Origin: Eledone cirrhosa
Lineage: Eukaryota
DNA: 18,598 nucleotides
Direction: 5' to 3'
Assembly: GCA_964016885.1 (NCBI GenBank)
Contig: CAXHJY010000611.1
Coordinates: forward strand, 1 to 18,598
The notes under the pieces are model-generated. The model did no database searches. It was not told the origin of the DNA and saw only the letters and a program-made list of their open reading frames with translations. Of this stretch, positions 10,218 through 18,598 are shown in pieces (positions within the stretch are counted from its first letter, which is position 1; each line of letters starts with the position of its first letter). The translations under genes were made by a program, and so were the position numbers.

Positions 10218-10299
10218 ATATTTATTAAAATAACAGATTAAAGTTTTTTAGCAAAGAATCGCTGCTTTCACCACTTTAATTTGTTATTTTAATAAATAT
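10218..10299. repeat. 27-bp-arm inverted repeat, homologous to 16180-16232 on the opposite strand
   Basis: ATATTTATTAAAATAACAGATTAAAGT / ACTTTAATTTGTTATTTTAATAAATAT, with one mismatch. Confidence 0.85.
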
Positions 10300-10356
10300 A
10301 TATATATATATATACAATATTAAATAAATGGAAAACTATATTTATAAAACCATATT

Positions 10357-10422
10357 TATTTCATTATATATATTTCGGGGATATCATATTAACAATATGC
10401 TATGCCTTCATCAGACAAAATA
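10357..10422 (-). ncRNA. Type I hammerhead motif, family B, third copy (host fragment 10317-10462)
   Basis: Minus: UAUUUUGU-CUGAUGA-AGGCAUAGCAUAUU(GUU)AAUAUGAUAUCCCC-GAAA-UAUAUA-UA^AUGAAAUA. The flanks align with 2596-2740. Confidence 0.78.
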
Positions 10423-10494
10423 CAATATAAACAGTTTTATAGATAAATAGATTCGACATACCGTAATAAACACCGATTTCATATATATATATAT

Positions 10495-10607
10495 AGTTTT
10501 AATATAGATGAGATTCTACGGGACTAGAACTGTTTCTTTAGAAATCATCAGGATTTCTAAAGAATGAAACAGTTCTAGTCCTGTAGAATCTCATCTATAT
10601 TAAAACT
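10495..10607. repeat. Near-perfect fold-back (~52-bp arms) centred on a CTGATGA motif
   Basis: AGTTTTAATATAGATGAGATTCTAC...GTAGAATCTCATCTATATTAAAACT, with one mismatch and a 4-nt indel. The minus-strand centre reads CTGATGA-TTTCTAAA-GAAACAGTT. Confidence 0.88.
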
Positions 10608-10674
10608 TTTATACTCTGCAATGTATTGAGTACCTTACTTACTGTGGTTACCTCCGACTCAACCCGGAATAACG

Positions 10675-10737
<63 letters not shown>

Positions 10738-10741
<4 letters not shown>

Positions 10742-10870
10742 CCAGATGAATGGACTGGAGCAATTTGAAATAAAATTGTCTTGCTCAAAGACACAGCGCT
10801 CCGCCGGGAATCGAACCGACAATGTTAAGACGGTGAGGTGAACACCCTAACCAGTAAGTCAAGCACCCCC
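10738..10870 (-). mobile_element. 3'-truncated tRNA-derived CORE-like SINE
   Basis: Minus: TGACTTACTGGTTAGG (A box), GGTTCGATTCC (B box), and GTCTTTGAGCAAGACA...TTGCTCCAGT matching 11604-11858. Confidence 0.82.
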
Positions 10871-11122
10871 CACAAAACACGACAGTAAGTAACTCTGTCC
10901 AGACATGTACCATTAAGGTGGGAGGTATGACTACCATTCCAGCTAGTGATAGAATCGCATTACTGAAAATGTTCATTGTTTATAGCTTTCAAAAGCCATT
11001 TCAAATTATTCATATCACTCACAAAGACTGGACGTAGTTTATTTAACGCTACTTCACATTAATTCAAATATATGCAAATTTATGGAAATTGACACACACA
11101 CACACATATGTATCTATATATA

Positions 11123-11210
11123 CAGGGTGCCTAAAAAATTGTATACACCTATACAGGCAATATTTATTAGAATGCTGTTGAAGTCTGTATACATTTTTTG
11201 GGGCGCCCTG
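11123..11210. mobile_element. Tc1/mariner-type MITE (88 bp)
   Basis: TA-CAGGGTGCCTAAAAAATTGTATAC ... GTATACATTTTTTGGGGCGCCCTG TIRs. Confidence 0.72.
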
Positions 11211-11212
11211 TT

Positions 11213-11262
<50 letters not shown>

Positions 11263-11405
11263 CATATGGTAAGAAGCATAGTGAGTGTATATATTTTTAT
11301 GTTTGTGTGTTACATGTGTGTGTTTGGGTGTATATGTGTGTGTATATGCATATATATATATATATATATATATATCGATATATATATATATTTATATATA
11401 TATAT

Positions 11406-11449
11406 AACGAAGGATGTGTGGTAAGGAACCAGATGCTCCATATATATAG

Positions 11450-11518
<69 letters not shown>

Positions 11519-11587
11519 TGTTTGTATGTATATATATATATATATATATATATGGTCCATCTGGTTCCTTACCACACATCCTTCGTT
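11406..11587. repeat. Inverted pair of family C termini (~36 bp each) around a (TA)/(GA) microsatellite
   Basis: AACGAAGGATGTGTGGTAAGGAACCAGATG / CATCTGGTTCCTTACCACACATCCTTCGTT. Confidence 0.9.
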
Positions 11588-11603
11588 ATATATATATATA
11601 TAT

Positions 11604-11855
11604 GGAGACACATGGCTTAGTGGTTAGAGCATTGGGCTTGCAATCGAAAGGTTGTGAGTTCAATTCTCAGGCCGGGTGGTGTGTTGTTTCCTTGAGCAAG
11701 ACACTTTATTTCACGTTGCTCCAGTTTACTCAGCTGTAGAAATGAGTACCGGCCTGCCCGCCCAGCCAGTGGGATGGCGTTATCTTATGGCTAAAACAGC
11801 ACGACGTGCTGTGACCAGCGGCTCCGATTGGCGCCCGACAGACTGGTCGGTCAAG

Positions 11856-11858
<3 letters not shown>
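11604..11858 (+). mobile_element. Apparently full-length tRNA-derived CORE-like SINE
   Basis: A box TGGCTTAGTGG, B box GAGTTCAATTC, CORE-like CCTTGAGCAAGACACTTTATTTCACGTTGCTCCAGT...CAGCTGTAGAAATGAG. Flanked by (TA)n on both sides. Confidence 0.88.
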
Positions 11859-11898
<40 letters not shown>

Positions 11899-12028
11899 CC
11901 TCACACACATGTAACACACAAATATAAAAATATATACACTCACTATACTTCTTACCATATGTAGAGCACCACCCTCACTAGTGGTCTTCCCTGTCTCGGA
12001 ACCGCCGACATATACTGTATATATATAT

Positions 12029-12399
12029 AACGAAGGAAGTGTGGTAAGGAACCAGGTGGACCATAACGCACCAAAGTACTCAATACTTAGGGTAGTAGAG
12101 TGGGTAATAGGAAAATGTTCAAGACCCCGACGGCAGAGCTCAAGCCGTTTCGATGGTCTATTTCAGTTCAGAAATAGCCGTCGAAACGGCTTGAGCTCTG
12201 CCGTCGGGGTCTTGAACATTTTCCTATATATATATATATATATATATATAGGAAAATGTTTAACCAGAAATAGCCGTCGAAACGGCTTGAGCTCTGCCGT
12301 CGGGGTTAAACATTTTCCTATTACCCACTCTACTACCCTAAGTATTGAGTACTCTGGTGCGTTATGGTCCACCTGGTTCCTTACCACAACTCCTTCGTT
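12029..12399. mobile_element. Compound fold-back of the family C element (forward 12029-12164, inverted 12171-12226, forward 12249-12265, inverted 12266-12399)
   Basis: Direct reverse-complement matches. It contains three GAAACGGC...GCCGTC^GGGGT half-hammerheads. Confidence 0.88.
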
Positions 12400-12619
12400 C
12401 TATATATATAAAGTTCATCAAACTGGTACTTGGCCCGTTTTTATCGGGTCGACTGCTTTGGTGGGTTTTTTTTTTTTTGGTGAGAGGAGGGTGTAATTTT
12501 TTAGGCAGGGGTACATATCAATGATCACACCCAGCTGCACTTAGGGTTGAGTGTATGGTGGGACTTTTCTTTTGATTCACGGCATTGTTTTTTGGTTTGG
12601 TTTTGTTTTTATTTTTAGT

Positions 12620-13035
12620 GAGGGTAAAAGCCTTCTAACTACCCCGGGTGGAATAAGTGTGGTCGGTGGCACTTTTTATCGACTTCTTTTTTTTTTTTTT
12701 ACCGGAGTCAAACCCAAGAACTACCCCAGGCAATACTTGGTTCACTACAAAGTTTGTTGTTGCTGTTTCTTTTGTGATGGGAGTGACTGGTATGAAACCC
12801 TAAGTCCCGCCCACCCGGGTAATACTTTGGAGTAGGGGTACTTCGATTTACTGCAAAGTTTTAATGGTGTTTTTTTTTGTTTTTTTTTGTTTTTTTCTTG
12901 ATGTGAGTGGCAGGTACATGAGTGCAAACCTAAGGACCACCCCGGGTGATGCTTGTTTTATTGGTGGTGGGGGGTTAGGAGGGGAGTGGCAGTAGTATAT
13001 AGAAACGCAAGGACCCCCCCCCCCCGTGTGACACA
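12620..13035. repeat. Degenerate tandem repeat, ~5 units of 80-125 bp
   Basis: A recurring AAACCYAAG..CYACCCCGGGTRATRCTT-like motif near 12626, 12710, 12795, 12926 and 13003, with T-rich spacers. Confidence 0.55.
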
Positions 13036-13252
13036 AACTAGTTACCTCATTCCCCATTGCTCGTATATTCACCACCCTTCACACTTCTCTCCCTTGGTTT
13101 TACACAGTCTTCCTTACAGCGTCTCCCTAATTACAGTCCCCCACCACCCATAGATATATCTGAGACACTCCTCGTCTTACCTAATTCCTTCTACTCACCT
13201 AACTGCTAAATTCCTTCTTTTTCAGTAATATTTCATTCTTTCTTCTATTTAA

Positions 13253-13610
13253 ATAACAGTTTCTGATTTAAGCACAAGGCCAACAAAATTGGAGAGGGAA
13301 AAGTCGATTAAATTAACCCCAGTACATTACTGGAGCTTTATATTATCGACCCCCGTAAATGATAAAAGGCAAAGCTTAACCTCGGTGGGATTTGAACTCA
13401 AAACATAAAGGGCTGCCGTAACTCTATGCTGCGAAACATGTTGCCCGACTATTTAAATAATGGTTTCTTTCGATTAAATCGACCCCAGTACGTTACAGGT
13501 ACTTTATTTTATCGAGCCCGTAAGGATGAAAGCCAAAGTTAACCTCGGTAGGATTTAAACTCAGATCGTAAAGGGCCGTAACTCTATGCTGCAAAGCATG
13601 GCGTCCGACC

Positions 13611-13615
<5 letters not shown>
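13253..13615 (-). mobile_element. Two tandem Deu/Nin-like SINE copies (13253-13450, 13457-13615)
   Basis: Reverse complements of the 6044-6263 and 9256-9446 family. Confidence 0.85.
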
Positions 13616-13657
<42 letters not shown>

Positions 13658-14379
13658 AACATATATATATATATATATATATGCCATTCTCACAACAGTA
13701 GAAGGACAATGAAAAGATTTAAAACTAAAAGCGAGCGAGCTAAGCTGTCAGAGAATTGTTTATTCAATTAACTGCAGACCTTTCTTATCGTTACCAAATT
13801 AATCAACAGCGTTTTCGTGATATCATTTGTATTAATAGCGGTTTGGAGTAATAGTGGGGTGTAAGGAAACTTTACTAGTGTCGCAACACAGAAGACCTGG
13901 ATGTTTACATACAATTCCACCACAACCACACACGTCGACGACTGACGTATTATATATAATACTTGTACGAGGAAAGTAATGTCTATGAATCTATGTAGTG
14001 AAGGGGGTAAGTTAGTTTTCACTTTGCTTGTGACACAAATTGTTTATCCATTAAAGATTTTTTTTTAAATTTAAATTTGTGTGATGTAATTAAGGTCGTA
14101 TTCATTATTTCTTCTACCAATTTCCTGGATTACCATGAATTACTGCCATAGCATGCCTTATTTCGATTTTATAGAGGTTATGGAGAAGGGAGTCTTACCC
14201 GAGAGTCTTATAAGTCCAAGGAGTTTTTTTTAAACTGAGTTACATGGAAAAAGAGAAAATTAGCATGGCTTAGCCAAAGGAGGAAGGGCAGCGCCATGGC
14301 CCTTTATCAGAGTATTCTAGACTTTTGGAAGGAAAGTGTGGAGGTGTGTGTGTGTGGGGGGGGGGGGGGGTTATCGTCA

Positions 14380-14492
14380 GAAAAGTACACCTGTTTACGA
14401 AATGTTCAGCCACTTACATGATCATTTCATGAGCTGGCTGTTCCGTTGATCGAACAACTGGAACACTCCTCGTCGAAACCAACGGGGGTCCA
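14380..14492 (+). mobile_element. Probable SINE/LINE 3' tail fragment
   Basis: CAGCCACTTACA...GGCTGTTCCGTTGATCG...CTGGAAC...CTCGTCG resembles octopus SINE tails. From memory only, with no second copy in the window. Confidence 0.35.
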
Positions 14493-14597
14493 TTTCACAA
14501 TACAACCAGCTATTAAATAGCTAACTATAAAAAAATGTATGATTTAAGAGTAATTTAATCTCTCAACTATTCTATAACTTCTCTGTCAACAAGTGTA

Positions 14598-14665
14598 GAG
14601 TTACTTTACCTTTCATCGATTCGAGGTCGATAAACAAAGTATTAGCTTAGTATTGGGGTAGATTC
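14598..14665 (+). mobile_element. Isolated central domain of the Deu/Nin-like SINE
   Basis: CTTTACCTTTCATCGATTCGAGGTCGATAAACAAAGTA. Confidence 0.65.
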
Positions 14666-14904
14666 TTCTTTTATATCTCTTTCTCACGTCCATTCTCTCA
14701 CTTTCTCTATCCTTCTCTGGAAGAAATCTGTTGTACTCAGACCTGCAGAGGAGATGGGCTCCGCCAGGCTTAAAATACCCCCAAGAAACGCACCCCTATG
14801 ACACAATCACGAATTACGGGACCTTAACATATCATACCATACAATTACAGGGTGGATTCGGTGCACACATAGCCGGCTGATTAGTCCTAACCGTCAGAAC
14901 ATAG

Positions 14905-15130
14905 ACTGGATTTAGACTTAAAATGCAAAAGACCGCAAGATACCCCCCCCCCCCCCTACAATTCCACCAATCCACCACACTACCCTTTATTTTATCCCCC
15001 CCCCCCTCCTAAAAGAATAAAAGGTAAAGTTGAGCTAAGCCGGATTTTGAACTCAGACCATAGAGAACCGGAACAAATACGGAAAGGCAACATATGTGAC
15101 GTTATAGCGATTCCACCAATCCACCTCACC
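14905..15130 (-). mobile_element. Old degenerate SINE heads (two copies)
   Basis: Repeated ATTCCACCAATCCACC (minus GGTGGATTGGTGGAAT) and B-box-like CTGAGTTCAAAATCC. Confidence 0.6.
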
Positions 15131-15532
15131 ACCACACCACCCCACCACACCACCACACCACTCTGCCTTTTATCCCCCCCCCCCCCCCCACACACACACA
15201 CACGGAAGGCTATGAAAATCCCAGACGGAATTGATGCGATTTAAAAACCAGAGTGAGACTTGAGACGAACGGAAGACATTTAGTGTGGTACTTTAGCATT
15301 TCTCTCAACACACCACCCTCGAATTATTATTACACACAGAGAAAGGTTTTCTTCCCATAAACTCAATTTTCCCACCCGACCACCCCAGGTTAAGGTCGGT
15401 CAGCTACCCGGATTATCTAGCTACGGAATAGCACACTTACCACATGACCTTAACACTATATAATACTGTGAAAATAAAAACAAATAAAAGAAGACAAACA
15501 AACAAACAACAAAACAGTGGTGGCTGTATTGC

Positions 15533-15670
15533 ATGAGTGTGTGTGTGTATGTGTGTGAGTGTGTGTGTGTGAGTGTGTGTGTGAGTGTGTGTGTAGTGCG
15601 GGGTGGTGGTGTAGAACCAGTATGCATGTATGCCTTTCAAATATTTAAGCATATCTTTTCACCTGGGTGC

Positions 15671-15723
<53 letters not shown>

Positions 15724-15760
15724 TGTTTGTATGAATCTATGTATGTATGTATGTGTGTCC

Positions 15761-15794
<34 letters not shown>

Positions 15795-15840
15795 ATGTGT
15801 GTATATATGTGTATATATATATACATATGGATATATATAA

Positions 15841-15875
<35 letters not shown>
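15533..15875. repeat. (TG)/(TA) compound microsatellites
   Basis: Directly visible. Confidence 0.93.
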
Positions 15876-16061
15876 GAAGGTGGGGTTGTATATGTATATT
15901 TAGAGTGTTGCTCAAGAGGGGTATTAGATGCTTACATTCGTTTCTTTGTTGTTTATGTCGGTTATTCTATGTTCACATTTGCTTAGTAAATGTGACAATA
16001 ATAACTTTTCTAGCGATGATGTAATGATAAATATACACACTCCGACCTTTTCTCGGTACTG

Positions 16062-16089
16062 CTGAAGGAGGGCTTCAGCCCGACACGTC
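16062..16089 (+). ncRNA. Degenerate minimal Penelope-type hammerhead
   Basis: CUGAAGG-A-GGGC-UUCA-GCCC-GACAC-GUC is two substitutions from CUGAAGA...GAAACGUC. Stem I is not evident. Confidence 0.5.
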
Positions 16090-16335
16090 GAACTTTCTCT
16101 CTTCTTTCCAATATAAAGCGTGAAACTAATAAGACTTTTTGTACCTATGTTTATTGTCTCCTTGAATGATCCCGTTAAGGGTGACAGCAGCGATTCTTTT
16201 CTTAAACATTAATCTGTTATTTTAATAAATATATATATATATGTGTGTGTGTGTGTTTGTGTATATATAAGTCTATGTATATATAAGTCTATATATATGT
16301 ATATAAGTGTATATATATATGTATATATGTCTATA

Positions 16336-16372
<37 letters not shown>

Positions 16373-16380
<8 letters not shown>

Positions 16381-16433
16381 ATAGTTTGGGAGGGTCATGT
16401 TGGCAACATGACCCTCCCTAAGTATAACAATAT
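16373..16433. repeat. Palindrome with perfect 15-bp inner arms and 11-bp outer arms
   Basis: GGGAGGGTCATGTTG-G-CAACATGACCCTCCC flanked by ATATTGTTATA / TATAACAATAT. Confidence 0.9.
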
Positions 16434-16570
16434 CGGTTTCAACACACGATTTCAGATAAAGAATCTTGCTAAACAAATTCAGAAACGAAATATATATATA
16501 TATATATACACACACGCAGTTAATACAAAGTAATAATTGGAAATAATGTAAAGCTACATAATCAAATAAT

Positions 16571-16637
16571 ACAGTCGTGTTTCTGGCTAACTGGTATGGA
16601 TATAATTATATGGGCACATGAGGCCTTCATCAGTAGC
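16571..16637 (-). ncRNA. Degenerate hammerhead-like motif
   Basis: Minus: CUGAUGA-AGGC-(35 nt)-GCCA-GAAAC-AC-GAC-UGU. It has GAC instead of GUC and a weak stem I. Confidence 0.35.
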
Positions 16638-17210
16638 ACCGCAAAGAGAATCGGATGAGAATTGTAAATACTTAAAACGCAGGGTATCGTTTCCGTAAGA
16701 CAATTTCAAAACCGTTTATTTTAAATGTTGCTACTTAACTCGTGTTAAAAGGGCGAATGAACTCATCAGAGCCAACGGTCATTCACGCCAACTCTGGATT
16801 AAATAGCCTCACCAACCCGCAATTGGCCCAGCGTGATGAGTACGGCTACGCCCCTGACATGACCAAAAACGAATAAAAAGCTGTGGAGGTCAACCACGGA
16901 GGGGTTCCCCCAATATACGTGAGAAGGTCCTGGACTGGATTGGATTGGACTTAATTCATCGGAAGGTGATATTGGGTACTGTATAGGTTTACTGTCGAGT
17001 GTGGCACAGCAAGAAAGAAGAATCAGTGCAGGGAAGACTGAGATATTCGTCCTCTTGAGAAAACCTGCCAAGTACGACATTTAAGTTTCTCGGGGCCGTT
17101 TTCACGAGCAATGGAATGCTGGGGTGGGGCAATTAAATTATATGTAAGAATTGCTGTGGCTCGTGGAATACTGTGCCCCCAGCTTCAACACTCCTTCATT
17201 AGAACAATCT

Positions 17211-17310
17211 AAAGAAGAAGAAGTAAAAGAAGAAAGAGGAGGAGAAGAGGAAGAAGAAGAAAAAGGCGGAGGAGAATGAAGAGGAGGAGGAGAGGATGAA
17301 GGGCAAAGAA
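17211..17310. repeat. Purine-rich (GAA/GAG) low-complexity tract
   Basis: Directly visible. Confidence 0.9.
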
Positions 17311-17344
17311 ATGTGTCTCGGAATCTGTCTATATTTAAACATAT

Positions 17345-17998
17345 AGATGTGTGTGAGGGTGGGGGTGTTTGAATGGGCGTGTGTTTGTGTGTGTGTGTGT
17401 GAACGCGCGTGATTGACTGTGTTTATGTGTGTGTATGTGTATACGTATGTTTGTGTCTACGTGCTTGTGTGCACGAGCCTGATTGACTGCATGTGTATGT
17501 GTGTGTAATTTCGTGAGTGTGCGTGTGTGTATGTTATCGTGTGTATGTATGTTTGCGCATGTATGTGTGTGCACGTGTGTGTGTGTGTGTGTTTGCACGT
17601 GATTGAGTGTATGTGAGTACATATATGTGTGTGTTTTTTGTGCGCGTCGCGTGATTTAGCGCGTGTGTATGTGTGAGTGATTGCATGCACGTTGCGTGTT
17701 TGTGTTTGTGTTTGTGTGTGTGTCTGTTTCTTTGTGTGTGTATGTCTATGAATATGTCTGTTTCTCTGTATGTGTGTGTGCGCTTGTGACTATGTGTGTG
17801 TGTGTGTATGAATGTGTCTGTCTCTGTGTGTGTGCGTGTCTCCCTCTCTGTGTGCGTGTCTGTGTGTGTGTGTGTGTATGAATGTGTCTGTTTCTGCGTG
17901 TGTGTGTGTGTGTGTATGTGTCTGTTTCTCTGTCTCTGTGTGTGTATGAATATGCCCGTTTCTCTGACTCTGCGTGTGTGCGTGTCTCTCTCTGTATG

Positions 17999-18031
<33 letters not shown>

Positions 18032-18108
18032 CTGTTTCTCTGTCTCTGTGTGTGTATGAATATGCCCGTTTCTCTGTCTCTGCGTGTGTGCGTGTCTCTC
18101 TCTGTATG

Positions 18109-18146
<38 letters not shown>
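17345..18146. repeat. Degenerate (TG)n region with ~110-bp higher-order units
   Basis: TGTCTGTTTCTCTGTCTCTGTGTGTGTATGAATATGCCCGTTTCTCTG recurs at ~17919 and ~18029, with diverged copies upstream. Confidence 0.9.
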
Positions 18147-18149
<3 letters not shown>

Positions 18150-18413
18150 CTACGAAAACCGCAAGTGATTAAATACACATATATTTTGCTGCGCCGTGTA
18201 CATTAAGACGACGCGAGTGTTTATATAATTGGTCCATGTATGTATATTTAAAGTTGATTATTTTGCCAAAAGACAGAACAAAAGAAGACTATAGGTTAAT
18301 GTTCTCAGACCTGACATTCAGACGCTGATAACATTGGTTAGAATTCCGGCTAAACTTCGCTAAACGACATAATTATCTCATAAGGAGAAAAGATCGCTTT
18401 TGTGTTATGTGAA

Positions 18414-18444
<31 letters not shown>

Positions 18445-18552
18445 GCAAACATGCAAAAAAACATACATATATATATAATATATATATATATATATACACA
18501 CACACATATATAATATATATATATATATACAGTATATACATATGTATATATA

Positions 18553-18598
18553 TCTTAGTCTTAGATTCTTACGCGCCGTTCGGCGCATCGAGCAATAT
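18553..18598 (-). mobile_element. Possible LINE 3' end (hairpin plus short tandem tail), cut by the window edge
   Basis: Minus: GCGCCG-AA-CGGCGC followed by GTAAGAATCTAAGACTAAGA, then (TA)n. Confidence 0.35.

Larger units (their letters stand above)
11261..11963. repeat. ~80-bp inverted repeat arms (11261-11340 / 11887-11963) enclosing nested insertions
   Basis: TACATATGGTAAGAAGCATAGTGAGTGTATATATTTTTAT... is the reverse complement of ...ATAAAAATATATACACTCACTATACTTCTTACCATATGTA, with few mismatches. Confidence 0.85.

Noticed and set aside
11604-11676. tRNA gene
   Set aside because: A and B boxes are present but there is no proper acceptor stem, and the sequence continues into a SINE body.
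11981-12496. 171-aa ORF with an internal repeat
   Set aside because: It runs through the non-coding family C fold-back and a TA tract, and has no domain motifs.
12620-13035. CRISPR-like repeat/spacer appearance
   Set aside because: The repeats are too divergent, the spacers are related and irregular, there are no cas genes, and the context is eukaryotic.

Overview
Non-coding, repeat-saturated eukaryotic DNA. The SINE and RTE sequence styles suggest a mollusc, probably an octopus, but that is inference. A large share of the window is (TA)/(TG)/(GA) microsatellite, and most ORFs in the supplied track are microsatellite artefacts. No intact protein-coding gene is supportable. The short unique islands between the microsatellites are mostly retroelement debris: tRNA-derived SINEs of two kinds, a decayed RTE LINE ORF2 fragment, two mariner-type MITEs and a Helitron-like hairpin. 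The most notable signal is a dense set of self-cleaving-ribozyme motifs. Four minimal type I hammerheads are structurally complete (1744-1814, 2493-2558, 2636-2701, 10357-10422), and several more from other sequence families are half-length or mutated. They sit next to (TA)n and are repeatedly rearranged into fold-back inverted repeats whose junctions fall inside or at the edge of ribozyme stems, as expected for Penelope-like element or retrozyme ends. There is also a 610-bp bipartite RTE derivative (3861-4470, minus) that joins an HDV-like ribozyme candidate to an intact C2H2 zinc-finger micro-ORF and an RTE tail. All RNA folds were paired by eye and none has been computed or tested.
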